DNA of 64,000 nucleotides. It comes from Octopus vulgaris (Eukaryota). The position numbers and the translations under genes were made by a program. The notes under the pieces were generated by a model. It was not told the DNA's origin. It saw nothing but the letters and a program-made list of their open reading frames with translations, and did not search any database. Positions 51,755 to 64,000 of the stretch are shown here, piece after piece. The stretch spans positions 28,706,001-28,770,000 of the forward strand of contig OX597840.1 in assembly GCA_951406725.2 (NCBI GenBank), in the 5' to 3' direction. The stretch's first letter is position 1. Every line of letters starts with the position of its first letter.

Positions 51755-52060
51755 AACTGGGAAGCAGTTACCAGCAACCGTGGAGATTGGCGACGGACCG
51801 TAAAAGAGGGAACACAAAGGAGTAACAGAGAGAGAGAGGAGAAATGGAAAGACAAGAAAAGACGTCAACAAGAAACTATGACAGTACAACCAGTCAGGCA
51901 AAGTCTTTGCTACATTTGCGGTACCTGCCAGAGGGAGTGTTTGTCCAGGATAGGACTACACATCCACAGCAGGAGATGTATTAGGACATGAAATGTAAAA
52001 GCCGGACTAGATTATTTTATGCGCAACTCCATTGTCTCCCGAGACAAAAAGGACGCCAAC
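51743..52060 (+). mobile_element. RTE LINE 3' end with C2HC-type finger
   Basis: VNISNWEAVTSNRGDWRRTVKEG...YICGTCQRECLSRIGLHIHSRRCIRT* (stop 51989-51991); 3' UTR ccattgtctcccgagac. Confidence 0.82.
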
Positions 52061-52163
52061 AAGCCAATGTCAGCAAGTACCGTATGGGATGAACCTGGCT
52101 AATAAAATGATCGTTGAGGAAAGCAGTAATCCAAAGGGGCCAGATATGTCTTGTTTATAACAT

Positions 52164-52352
52164 TTACAAACTGTTAATCTGAAGTTGTACACCTGTAAGA
52201 ATTAACACTTCCTTCTCCAAGCCTAGATTCGAAACTGAATCCAAGAATTCTTTGTCGTCCAAATCACGACGATCAACAGGCGCGAAAAAAAGTTTTCTTT
52301 GTCCTGTCAAAAATTGATTGATCATCTCCCTTTGACCTACGACCTCAGCCAT
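52164..52352 (-). other. Unassigned 62-aa ORF, possible exon or pseudogene fragment
   Basis: gacATGG context, non-repetitive composition, upstream acceptor-like ctcttgtttcaccacag at 52448; no recognisable domain. Confidence 0.3.
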
Positions 52353-53149
52353 GTCAGGCGAAGTTCAACTGGACAAGCACTGACCTATTTAGGTACAAAC
52401 TCTGCTGCAGTATGTCTGTCTTTCTAGCTGCCACAAATATTATAAAACTGTGGTGAAACAAGAGAGGCAAACAGACAGACGAGATAGATCTATCTACGAC
52501 CCAAGGTTTTGGCAGACCGCGGAAGACAGAGAGAAATGTTCCAAGTGCCGATAGACTACTGTTTCGAATGAAACACGCACACACACAAACATATTCATTC
52601 CTAATATGACTTCCACGAATGTATTCCGTATTTCTAGCAACTCGTAGCAGTTGCCTACATTTTGTATGTAGTGTACTTATAACTTATCAAGCCCTGTAAA
52701 TAAATGCTTTTCAATCATGGATCGGTTTACGTATTTGTTTACATACACATTTCATTTGCATCTATGTTCATTGATATACACTTAACCACTACACACCCCT
52801 TGATAGGCTGTATATTTGTCACAGTTTATAACAACAGTCAGACAAAGAATGATGTGTTATATGACTTATCTGCTGACATAAGTTTCACCAAGTTTGCGTA
52901 CGCATCCCTTTCAATGTACAATGGTTTGTATACTTAATTGAACGATTAAATTATCTTGGAAACTACAAAGTCGGTTGTTTAAGCCGAGATCATATAAAAT
53001 GTGTATAATGTATTATATTTTCTTATTTGTTATCGACAGTCTGTTAATGGATAAATTCGACAGTTTGTATAAAAAGAAAAGAGAGTACAATATCCCAGTT
53101 AAAAGTATTTTAAAATAAATCAACAATTATCAAATAGGGTATGGCTGTG

Positions 53150-53450
53150 AGATAAAATTTTGCTCAGTTTCCCACCCTCAGCTTCCACCATGTCATCACC
53201 AAGGCCCTGGAGCTTAATGTGTGCCTTCTGCACTGTGTACCTACGAAAATCTTCGAACATCTCTTTGATTTTGGCCACCAACTCAGTCTTGGTATTACAG
53301 ACACAGCGGTTGGTGTCTTTCTCAACTGGGCCCCACACATAGGTTATCCATAGGATTACAATTGAGGGAATTAGAAGGCCAGAAATTAGGGTTGGCGTAA
53401 TTGTAGAAATTCTCCCTCAACCACTTTGACACTTTCCGGAGGCATGGTGC
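53150..53450 (-). mobile_element. Tc1/mariner transposase C-terminal fragment
   Basis: PNFWPSNSLNCNPMDN (WPPNSPDxNPxD-like) then WGPVEKDTN...TKTELVAKIK...MVEAEGG. Confidence 0.8.
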
Positions 53451-53747
53451 CTTTTGTATGAGTAATAACAAAGGTCCTCATTTAGGGGTAGCTTCATGGT
53501 GGCGAGCTTAACTCTTTCGCAAAAGCTTGGATTCTCTTGCTCGGATGATCCATTAACTTGTTCTGCAGTTGTTGGGTGAATTCCGGCAGACAGAACGCCT
53601 GCTGTGTTCCTTCTTGCTGGCCCCTGCTTCGTAGTCTCGGCTGCCTATGTCATGTCCTATAGCTTTTATAGTGTTTCTCAGAGCATTCAATAGCAGTTAT
53701 GGTGTCGATGCTTTGATGAGTTGTAGTGCACCTGAGCACTGTACACA

Positions 53748-53792
<45 letters not shown>

Positions 53793-53842
53793 CCTGGCAT
53801 GAATCATCATAATACTGGTAACTGTTTCCCAATATCCAGATG

Positions 53843-54360
53843 GTGGAGTCGCGTGGCTTAATGGTTAGGGGTTTTTGACTCATGATCGTAAGAATGTGGT
53901 TTTGATTCCCGGCCCGGACAACATGTTGCATTCTTGAGCAAAACCCTTCATTTCACATTGCTCCAGTCCACTCAGCTGGCAAAAATGAGTTAATCCTGTG
54001 ATGGACTGGCGTCCCATCCAGTTGGGGAATTTCTACGTCACTGAAACCGGGAAAACCGGCCCTTATGAGTCAGTATGACTCAAAAAGGTAACTTTATCTT
54101 TATCTTTACCTTTGTGGAGGCGTGTGGCTTAGTGGTTAGGGTGTTGGACTCGTGATTGTAAGATTGTGGTTTCAATTCTCGATGAAGGCAACACGTTGCA
54201 TTCTTGAACAAAACATTTCACGTTGTTCCAGTCCACTCAGCTGGCAAAAATGAGTTAATCCAGCGACGGCCTAGCATTCCATCGAGGTGGGAATATATAC
54301 GCCATGGAAACGGGGAAACTGGCTCTTATGAGTCCGCATGACTCGAGAAGGTAACTTCTT
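53843..54360 (+). mobile_element. Two tandem tRNA-derived SINEs, family D-like
   Basis: gcgtggctta(a/g)tggttaggg heads near 53850 and 54119; shared ccagtccactcagctggcaaaaatgagtt. Confidence 0.82.
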
Positions 54361-54888
54361 TTCCGATATTCAAATGGCTTCCAGTCTTACATGTCAGCTA
54401 ACTTTTTCTCAACTACAATTTTAATCTTTTTTGCATTCTATTGCAAAAAAGAGACATAAAACGTCGCCATATTTAACCCGAACACCTTGCACGTGCAAAG
54501 TTCAATGTCGGAGAGGAGAAAGCATAATAAAATGTTAGTGTTTATAAATTTGTGAGAAGCAGCAGTAAAGAAGTTTAATTGGCGTTTAATGTCTTTATTT
54601 AATGGCAGTGGAAGCAGGGATTGGTTAGCAGTGAGAAATCAATCAAGCGTTAAATATAAATTTTTAAATAAAACACGGTCTGATAATTCGCTACGCCATT
54701 TCTATTTAGAAAAAAATCAAGCAAACAGCCGTTTAAATTGAATTCCATTAAGCAGAAATAAAAATAAATTCGATTGTGTGAAAGAGGAAACTAAATTATT
54801 TTTGGTTGAATACGTGGGAGAAATCGAATTAAAAAAAATAGTAAAAGGTTATTCAGTGAACATTTGTTACTAATACGTGCAGATGTAT

Positions 54889-55062
54889 AGGCGCAGGAGT
54901 GGCTGTGTGGTAAGTAGCCTGCTAACCAACCACATGGATCCGGGTTCAGTCCCACTGCGTGGCATCTTGGGCAAGTGTCTTCTGCTATAGTCCCGGGCCG
55001 ACCAATGACTTGTGAGTGGATTTGGTAGACGGAAACTGAAAGAAGCCTGTCGTATATATATA

Positions 55063-55113
<51 letters not shown>

Positions 55114-55310
55114 TTGTATGTCTGTGTTTGTCCCCCTAGCATTGCTTGACAACCGATGCTGGTGTGTTTATGTCACTTAGCAGTTCAGCAAAAGAGACCG
55201 ATCGAATAAGTATTGGGATTACATAGAATAAGTCCCGGGGTCGAGTTGCTCGACTAAAGGCGGTGCTCCAGCATGGCCACAGTCAAATGACTGAAACAAG
55301 TAAAAGAGAG
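54889..55310 (+). mobile_element. SINE family A, full length
   Basis: Matches 39797-40202. Confidence 0.88.
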
Positions 55311-55467
55311 ATGTGACTGTGTGGTTAAGAAGCTTGCTTTGTAGCCCTGTGGTTACAGGTTCAGTGTCTTCTACTTTAACTCTGGGCTGACCAATAACTT
55401 CTGAATGAATTTTGTTGACATAGTGTGGAAGCTCATCGTATACATGCATAAATACACACACACATAT

Positions 55468-55520
<53 letters not shown>

Positions 55521-55524
55521 TTAT

Positions 55525-55697
55525 TAGATATCCCAAGGCTCGACGTCACCTTGGAGCATGCCGAGGGGCTGGTATGGGACCACCAGCGATGGAGAGCACT
55601 CGTGGACCTGGTCAGTTCTACGCATGATGACGTCTCTGGGGCCACTAACTTGGGATGATCCCAGCCTCATCAAGCAAGCGCATGAAGTCAAGAAGCC
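55525..55697 (+). mobile_element. RTE-like LINE extreme 3' end inside (TA)n
   Basis: DIPRLDVTLEHAEGLVWDHQRWRALVDLVSSTH; caag-type tail. Confidence 0.6.
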
Positions 55698-55770
55698 ATA
55701 TATATATATATATATTTCTCTCCTTGTATATATATGTATATATTTTTCTCTCCTTGTTTTTTTCTGTGTA

Positions 55771-55808
55771 TCTTTCTGTCGAAGAGCGTAGGCTCGAAAC
55801 GTAAAAGA
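55771..55808 (+). ncRNA. Minimal hammerhead variant in a Penelope-like fragment (about 55740-55897); truncated sister at about 57356-57468
   Basis: tcttt-CTGTCGA-a-gagc-gtag-gctc-GAAA-cg-TA-aaaga; A6 changed to U, stem III reduced to CG. Confidence 0.6.
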
Positions 55809-55897
55809 CTTTTTCAATTCCTGAGCGTTATACTAATACATCTGTTTGTTTTCTACACCACCTGTCTTTGTCTTTTTTTTTCTGTAAACTCTCCCTA

Positions 55898-55987
<90 letters not shown>

Positions 55988-55989
<2 letters not shown>

Positions 55990-56292
55990 TTTGATACTTT
56001 GATACTTTGATAGGTTTCGGCCATTATTGGCCCAGGCCATGTCTAACTTAATAGCACCACCTGGTGAAGTCTTTCAAGTCAGAATTTGGGCACTATGGCC
56101 CACTCAAGTAGAGAGTTATTGTTTACAGAGACATATCCGGGTGTAGGGGGTTTATCCGGGATTTCTTGAAGGAATCTGTCCAAAGACTTCTTGAACCCTA
56201 TAGGGTCAGTTTCTTTTTTAATGTGTTTTGGTGTAATGTTAAAGAGAGCGGGGCCAATTGAGGTGAAATAATTGTGCCGTATTGTTGTTATG
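55988..56292 (-). mobile_element. CR1/L2-group LINE 3' fragment with (tcaaagta)n tail
   Basis: NYFTSIGPALFNITPKHIK....IGFKKSLDRFLQEIPDKP.TPGY...NSLLEW. Confidence 0.8.
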
Positions 56293-56334
<42 letters not shown>

Positions 56335-56964
56335 ATATATATATATATATACATTAATGTTTATTTTTATGTTACAATCAAAAAATAATTTTACCGTAAA
56401 CTAGAGGATTACTCAATACTTTTTGGTACTATACAAAATTACTATTCTTTAACAAGAATAATATTGTCAATGAGTTCGAAGTTTCCGCCAGTCAAGTCAT
56501 TATCGGACAGTATATGTGTGTGTGCACCCTTAGAATCTAAAGGGCTCATTCCCTAAAGTTTGAGAATTTTTTATTCACTCCTAGAAGAATGCATTATTTC
56601 AGCCTGGGTGTGTTTGTAGACAGTTGAAAATAATATTTTAACAAAAAAAAAAAAAAGTAAGAAGAATTAAATGATAGCATTGTAGTTGCGGGTGGGCCTC
56701 CTTAGTCTCCTGGTCAACCAATATTTTTAGACTTAGTCCACCACTGTATATATGTGTGTATATTGAAAAGGTTGCAAGAGGCAACGAAAATTTTAGGAAA
56801 ATAAAAATAAGAATTAAGTGGAAATTTTACGGTGAGTGTGTTAAATTATAAGCCACAAAAAGAAAATGACTCTCACCAGACACAACAGAATATGCTTCAA
56901 TACACGAACTCATAAAGAGAATCTTGCAAAATAAATCCAAAAACGAAATATATATATATATATA

Positions 56965-57164
56965 TATGGAGTTGCAGTGAGATGATAACATTAATACAGC
57001 TGCCATATACAAGCGATGCTGCATACATACATTCACAAATGCATAGATACATGCATGCATATATATTCACACACAAACATGCACATAAGTAACTTTTAAA
57101 ATGCTGAGGAAGGGAAAGTAAAGTGGGTGTGAGGAATATGTGGCTTGTCGCTTCGAATGTTTGT

Positions 57165-57198
<34 letters not shown>

Positions 57199-57244
57199 TG
57201 TATGTATGTATGTATGTATGTATGTATGTATGTATGTATGTATG

Positions 57245-57275
<31 letters not shown>

Positions 57276-57466
57276 ACATGTATGTATGTATGTATGTATG
57301 ATTGTATGTATGTGTATGTGTGTCTGTGTGTGAGTGTTTCTTTGCGATGGATAGCAGAAAACGTAAAAGACTTGTTCTATTTCTATTCCTGAGTGCCATA
57401 CTAATACATTTGTTTGTTTGTACTCCACCTGCCTTCGTCTTTTGTTTATTTTCGTAAACCTTCCCG

Positions 57467-57523
<57 letters not shown>

Positions 57524-58282
57524 TGAGACTTAACATCGTTCCAAAATGTCTTTAAATGTCGCATCATATCCATTTCGGCAACAACTTTTAACGATCAAGT
57601 GTCGAAGTGCATCCCTTGACCAAGTTTGCATACATGAAGCTGATAACATAAGACTTGGAAGGCAGCTCCTTGAGTAATATTCTTTGTTTTATAACCTGTG
57701 CCCGAAGAAGTTGAAAGGATGAGTCTCTATGAAGTATTAAAGTTTCAGCCCCAAATCACTACAATCGTGGATTAAAGGCTCCCTCAGTTAATTCATCTGA
57801 AGATTAACCAATTATTTAACAAGGCTGATAGTTGTGACTCCAAAGCTGGAGATAGTATTCATCGTATTTTCGATAAATAGTCTCCCACGCCAAATATACG
57901 GCTTGTCGCTTCGAACGTTTATGTATGTATGTATGTATGTATGTATGTATGTATGTATGTATGTATGTATGTATGTATGTATGTATGTATGTACGTATGT
58001 ATGTATGTATGTATGTGTATATGTGTGTGTGTGTGTATGTGTGTACGTATGTATGTATGTATGTATGTATGTATGTATGTATGTATGTATGTATGTATGT
58101 ATGTATGTATGTATGTACGTACGTATGTATGTATGTACGTATGTATGTATGTATGTATGTACGTATGTATGTGTTTATGTGTGTCAACGTATGTATTTAT
58201 GTATGTATGTGTCAACATGTATCTTTGTATGTATGTATGTATGTATTTATGTATGATATGTATGTATGTATGTATGTACGTA

Positions 58283-58320
<38 letters not shown>

Positions 58321-58557
58321 TGTGAGTGTTTCTTTGCGATGGATAGCAGAAAAGCCACCTACTCACTCTCTTTTTGAAGCTACGTATTCCTCACACCCAC
58401 TTTGCTTTCCCTTCCTCAGCATTTTAAAAGTTACTTATGTGCATGTGTGTGTGTGAGTATGTGCATGCATGTATCTATGTATTTGCGAATGTATGTATGC
58501 AGCATCGCTTGTATATGGCAGCTGTGTTAACGTTACCATCTTACTGCCACTCCATAT
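56965..58557. mobile_element. Composite element with ~180-bp inverted ends and an internal direct duplication
   Basis: About 56965-57146 is inverted at 58377-58557; ggcttgtcgcttcgaa-(TATG)n-gagtgtttctttgcgatggatagcagaaa occurs near 57141 and 57900. Confidence 0.75.
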
Positions 58558-59297
58558 TTGTTGCTTACACAACGCTGTTCCCCCCTTCTCTGCTATCAGT
58601 CATACTCACTATGCCTCTACATTTTCTTCGCACTAACACGCTTGCACCCTTCTCATTTTATCACATAATAGGCCATCCCTCTAGGGGGCCCATTATAGAT
58701 TTTTATTGAGATTCAGTTAACCTATAATTGAACTGGATGTTAGTTCAACATGTATGCAAATTTTCATGAAGATGGGTTTACTGGTGTAGGCAGTAAGATG
58801 GTAACAGACAGAAAGACAGAAATTCCATAAATATATAAAATGTATTTACACATATATATATACTCCCTATTTAATAATAGCTAGTATAAATGTTGGTGGG
58901 TTCATTCCTTGATTATGTCAGTCATTGTATAGAGTGCTGGGGGGGGGGGGGGAGGGGAGAAAGTAAAAGAGAGATGCAGAGAGAAAGTTAGCATTAAAAA
59001 ACTACACATTTTAAAAATGTGTAGATTTATGATATTATGTTGATAAAATTTAAAAAAAACCCCATTTATTGCAAAAATACAAACGAGAAATTGGCTTTAT
59101 TTAATTCTATTTTTAGGTAATATTTTTCTTTTTTAAATTAGCATTCATTTCATCGTTTTGTATCAGCTAGAAATTTGATAAACATTAAAATGTAATTATT
59201 GTATGTTTATCATATTTCCTCACATTACCCATGATGGCAAGAGTATGCTTACAATTTTACCCATCATATGATGACCAATAACTGAATCTGTGTTTAA

Positions 59298-60023
59298 CCC
59301 TTTCATTACTAACCTGGCTGAAACCACCTCTGGCTCTGTAGTACAAATGTCTTGTTTTCATAAGTTTTGAATTAAAATCTTCCACCAAACCTTAGTCACA
59401 ATTTATGTTCCTAACATTAGCTTAATATTAACCAAGTTATTTTATTAAATTCTTTGTTATATTTAAAAGTAATTGAAAGAAACACAGAGCATCTCAACAG
59501 AAAAATGGTAATGAAAGGGTTAAAATATATAATAGAGAAACAATTCTTCACCCTTTCGACACCAACCTAGCTGAAACCGGCTCTGGCTCTGAGTACAAAT
59601 GTCTTGTTTTCATAAGTTTTGAATTAAAATCTTCCATCAAACCTTAGTCACAATTTATGTTCCTAACACTAGCTTAATAATAACCAAGTTATTTTACTAA
59701 TTTTTTTGTTATATTTAAAGTAATTGAAAGAAATACAGAGCATCTCAACAGAAATATGGTAACAAAAGGGTTAAAATATATAATAGAGAAACAATTCTTA
59801 ACCCTTTCAATACCAACCTGCCTGAAACTGCTTTTGGCTCTGTGGTACAAATGTCTTGTTTTCATAAGTTCTGAATTAAAATCTTCCATCAAACCTTGGT
59901 CACAATTTATGTTCCTAACACTTGCTTAACGATAACTAAGTTATTTTACTAAATTCTTTCTTATATTTAAAATCAATTGAAAGAAACGCAGAGCATCTCC
60001 AAATAAATACAGTAACGAAAGGG
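59298..60023 (+). mobile_element. Three tandem piggyBac-like MITEs (59298-59519, 59551-59770, 59802-60023)
   Basis: TTAA|ccctttcattac ... gtaatgaaaggg|TTAA, perfect 12-bp TIR in copy 1. Confidence 0.88.
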
Positions 60024-60107
60024 TTAATAATCCTTTCTACGATAGATACAAAGCCTGAAATTTGGTGGGAGGAGACTAGTCAATTACATTGGTCCCAGTG
60101 AATAACT

Positions 60108-60585
60108 GGTACTTATTTTATCGGTCTCTTTTGCCAAACCGGTAAGTGACGGGGACATAAACACACCAGCATCGGTTGTCAAGCAAGGCTAGGGGGACAA
60201 ACACAGACACACAAACATATGCACACACATATATATACATATATATACATAAATATGATAGGCTTCTTTCAGTTTCCGTCTACCAAATCCACTCACAAGG
60301 CTTTGGTCAGCCCGAGGCTATAGTAGAAGACACTACTTACCACACAGTCACTCCTGCACCTGCTTGTAATCTGTATTTAATATTGATTTAAAATTTTGAC
60401 ACAAGGTCAACAATTTCTGGGAGGGTCTAGGTCATTTACATCAACCCCAGTGCTCAACTTGTACTTATTTTATAAGCCTTGAAAGGATGAAAGGCAAAGA
60501 TGACCTCGGTGGAATTTGAACTCAGAATGTAAAGATGTTGCTACGTATTTTTCTCAGCTCATTAAAGATTCTGCCAGTTCTCTGC
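60108..60585 (-). mobile_element. SINE family A (partly deleted) and family C copies
   Basis: Reverse complements of the family blocks. Confidence 0.75.
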
Positions 60586-60667
60586 CTATAATTTGGATTT
60601 TTGGTAATTAGGCAATATGTAATGTTGATTAGTTGATTGCTTCAGTTGCACTTTACATTGTATAACA

Positions 60668-61110
60668 AGAGAAAAAGAGAGAGCTGGAGAGTGTGTGTGT
60701 GAGAGAGGGGGGGGGAAGAGAGAAAGAAAGAAAGAGAAAGAGAAAGAGAGAGAGATAAAGACGGAGAAAGGGAGAGAGAGAAAGACAGAGACAGAGAGCG
60801 AGAAAGAGAAACAGAAAGAGAAAAAGAGAGAGAGAGAGAAAGACAGGAAGAAAGAAAAAGAGAGAGAAAGAGAAAGAGAGAGAGAGAGATAAAGAAAGAG
60901 AGAGAAAGAGAAAAAGAGAGAAAGAAGGAGAAAGAGAGAGAGAGAAAGAGAGAAAGAAAGAGAAAGAGAGAGAGAGAGAAAGAGAAAGAAAGACAAAGAG
61001 AGGGAGAGAGAGAGAAAGAGAGGAAGAAAGAAAGAGAAAGAGAGAGAGAGAAAGAGAGGAAGAAAGAAAGAGAAAGTGAGAGAGATAGAGTAGAAGAGAG
61101 AGATGCAGAG
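60668..61110. repeat. Polypurine (GA/GAAA) tract
   Basis: Direct reading. Confidence 0.95.
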
Positions 61111-61463
61111 AAAGTGAACATAATGGATGCAAGATGCCTGTCTTATGACTTTTTAAAAAACACATTTTCTAACAACATTTCTCCAGTGATAGGTTTTTGA
61201 TGGAGCAGTTTACGATGATTCAGCATCAAATACACAAATAAATTTGTTTTATTCAATTTTACTTGAAGGCAATAAATATTTTTTCCTCCACAAATTAGTA
61301 TTCGTTTCATCGTTTTGTATAAACACCAAGAAATTTGATTAAAGTTGAATTATTATTAAGAAATATGTTTGCCATATTTCATAATATTAACAACCAATGG
61401 TGGCAAAGTGTACTTCCAACATTACCTGCCATATGATAGGTAGCATGCTAGTATATGTGTGTG

Positions 61464-61531
<68 letters not shown>

Positions 61532-61593
61532 CACACATATATATATATATATACACATATACTAGCATGTTACCTAGCATGTGTGTGTGTGTG

Positions 61594-61676
<83 letters not shown>

Positions 61677-61678
<2 letters not shown>

Positions 61679-61778
61679 TAGCCAAATTGACTACATCCTT
61701 GCCAGGAAAAGGGAAAGATGGCTGCTTATAAATGCCAAAACCTTCCCAGGCAAAGAATGTACCCCACAACATAGACAT
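61677..61778 (+). mobile_element. LINE APE-endonuclease fragment (RTE-like)
   Basis: SQIDYILARKRERW...KTFPGKECTPQHR. Confidence 0.7.
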
Positions 61779-62374
61779 GGTCAAAAACGACGAAACTCAA
61801 CCAAACAAGTTGTTACTCTGAGATGGTGACATCCTCTCAATGATTAGCCAGAGATGATTTTTAAAATGAGAATATCTGAAATAAACTCGACTGCTCTCAC
61901 AAACGAGAATACTAAAAATGAACTCAACTGCTCTTAAAAATTAAGTAAAAAAGATGGAAAAATAATCCAGTATCCTTATCTGGCACTTAATCAATCCCAA
62001 TGGTAGTCATAGAATGTGAAAGTGGGTTGTGGACCATGTTTGTAATGCTGAGTGTGTGTCGTCTGTGGTAGGAGCAGGGACAGTTTTCTATGTGAAGGCC
62101 TCATCAATGCAGATAAAATCATTCCAATTGATGCCTTGTATTTTCTGGAGGTATCTGCAATCAAAAACTTCCAGTTTTTTTTCTTGGTTGGTTTTCAGGT
62201 ACCATCTTTCTTCTCTCTGGCACTGCCTCTCAGGAAGATTCAGCATGACACAGAATGTGACAAGGGTGGTCCTTTGAAATTACCGGTACTACTCAGGTGC
62301 CATATTTCACAGCCATAAAGAAGAATGGAGTGGAACGTAGAAAGCTAGCAAGAAGATCAGGTAAAAACAGTTGT

Positions 62375-62592
62375 GACCATTTGGTCACTGTGTGTGCCAC
62401 CCTGAACTTGTGGCACCCAAATTAGTCTTGTGAAACTTCATGGTGATGTAAGAAGAGGAACATACCATCACACACCAACTTGATTGTAGACATTGGCCTG
62501 GAATGTATCTAAGGCCTTGAGGCAGTGATGTTGGACCGGAAAGTGTGATGGGTGAACTTTATTGCTGTGGCCTGATTTGGAACTTGGCCATA
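62375..62592 (+). mobile_element. RTE-related LINE 3' fragment, decayed copy of 63412-63706
   Basis: ggtcactgtgtg...catggtgatgtaagaagaggaa...gacattggcctggaatgtatc. Confidence 0.7.
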
Positions 62593-62602
62593 ATATATTT
62601 TT

Positions 62603-63201
62603 TTTTCTTTATTGCCCACAAGGGGCTAAACATAGAGGAGACAAACAAGGACAGACAAAGGGATTAAGTCAATTACATCGACCCCAGTGCGTAACTAGTA
62701 CTTAATTTATCGACCCCGAAAGGATGAAAGGCAAAGTCAACCTCGGCGGAATTTGAACTAAGAACGTAACGGCAGACGAAATACCTATTTCTTTACTACC
62801 CACAAGGGGCTAAACGTAGAGGAGACAAACAAGGACAGACAAATGGATTAAGACGATTATATCGACCCCAGTGCATAACTAGTACTTAATTTATCGACCC
62901 CGAAAGGATGAAAGGCAAAGTCAACCTCGGCGGAATTTGAACTAAGAACGTAACGGCAGACGAAATACCTATTTCTTTACTACCCACAAGGGGCTAAACG
63001 TAGAGGAGACAAACAAGGACAGACAAATGGATTAAGACGATTATATCGACCCCAGTGCATAACTGGTACTTAATTTATCGACCCTGAAAGGATGAAAGGC
63101 AAAGTCAACCTCGGCGGAATTTGAACTAAGAACGTAACGGCAGACGAAATACCGCTAAGCATTTCGCCCGGCGCGCTAACGTGTCTGCCAGCTTGCCGCC
63201 T
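62603..63201 (-). mobile_element. SINE family C with three ~183-bp units
   Basis: gacgaaatacc near 62776, 62959 and 63143. Confidence 0.88.
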
Positions 63202-63411
63202 TTTAAAAATCTTGGCCATAATAATAATAAAATTGCCCCTGGTTTTATGATACAAACCTTCTGTTTTAAAATCACCGAAATCAAAATCTTGTATAAAAAT
63301 TTCATGTTTATTTATGTTCGAAGCACCAACTTAATGATAAGTTATTTTACTAAACACTTCATTAGTTTCAAGATTAATTGAAGGACAGTCATTGTATTTC
63401 TACAGCAACAT

Positions 63412-63706
63412 ATGTCAAAGAAATGCCTTTATGGAGACCTGCCAAAAGTTAATGAGAAGATTTGGCAAAGACAACTGCAACCATCTGGTCACTGTGTGCA
63501 CCACCCTGGAGGGGCAGCATCCAAAGTAGTCTTGTGGAACCCACTTCACGGTGATGTAAGGAGAGGAAAATGGCATCATACTTACATCGACACCTTGATC
63601 ACAGACATTGGCCTGGAATGTATCCAGGACCTGAAGACAGTGATATTGAACTGAAGAGTGTGGCCGGCGGACTTTGTTGCTGCGGCCCAGGTTGGAACCT
63701 GGCCAT
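63412..63706 (+). mobile_element. RTE-related LINE 3' fragment
   Basis: LYGDLPKVNEKIWQRQLQPSGHCVHHP...KVVLWNPLHGDVRRGK...YIDTL. Confidence 0.78.
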
Positions 63707-63812
63707 AAATGGAAAAAAATGTTGTAGTACCACATTTTAGTTTATAGAGAAATAAAGCTTCTTGCTTTACCAGAATTTACAAGACTGGTTGAATGCACCT
63801 GAAGCCTTTCCT

Positions 63813-64000
63813 ATACTCTTTTTACTCTTTTTACTTGTTTCAGTCATTTGACTGTGGTCATGCTGGAGCACCGCCTTTAGTCGAGCAACTCGACCCTGGG
63901 ACTTATTCTTTTGTAAGCCCAGTAATTTTTCTATCGGTCTCTTTTGCCGAACCGCTAAATAACGGGGACATAAACACACCAGCATCGGTTGTCAAGCAAT
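63813..64000 (-). mobile_element. SINE family A 3' half, runs off the window
   Basis: ctctttttacttgtttcagtcatttgactg...gcatcggttgtcaagc. Confidence 0.85.

Noticed and set aside
56462-56512. Additional minus-strand hammerhead
   Set aside because: The core reads CCGATAA and the stems pair poorly; too degenerate to call.
60586-61165. Ser/Leu/Phe-rich or Arg/Glu/Lys-rich ORFs
   Set aside because: Polypurine GA tract.

Overview
AT-rich, very microsatellite- and SINE-dense eukaryotic DNA. The repeat families and the (TA)/(CATA)/(CAT)/(TAT) load suggest a cephalopod, probably an octopus (inference). One host gene is well supported: a + strand ankyrin-repeat/SOCS-box (ASB-like) gene with three coding exons (4424-5507, 22368-22563, 26628-26931; 527 aa). 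Its middle exon is not in the ORF track. The rest is mobile DNA: four short-interspersed families, 5'-truncated RTE, CR1-like and R4/Dong LINE pieces, a decayed hAT (Buster/Charlie-type) transposon with TIRs and a perfect 8-bp TSD, piggyBac-like TTAA MITEs, non-autonomous Helitrons and a Tc1/mariner fragment. Most notable: (1) several minimal type-I hammerhead ribozyme motifs in short Penelope-like elements next to (TA)n tracts, with the intact intronic cores all antisense to the gene; (2) complementary (CAT)n and (GAT)n tracts at the two ends of the 16.9-kb intron 1; (3) two minisatellites (38 x 44 bp, 31 x 17 bp) that arose from transposon junctions. No rRNA, true tRNA gene or CRISPR array was found. 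Most ORF-track entries are microsatellite artefacts. All family assignments are by eye, without database searches, and repeat boundaries are approximate unless TIRs/TSDs are quoted.
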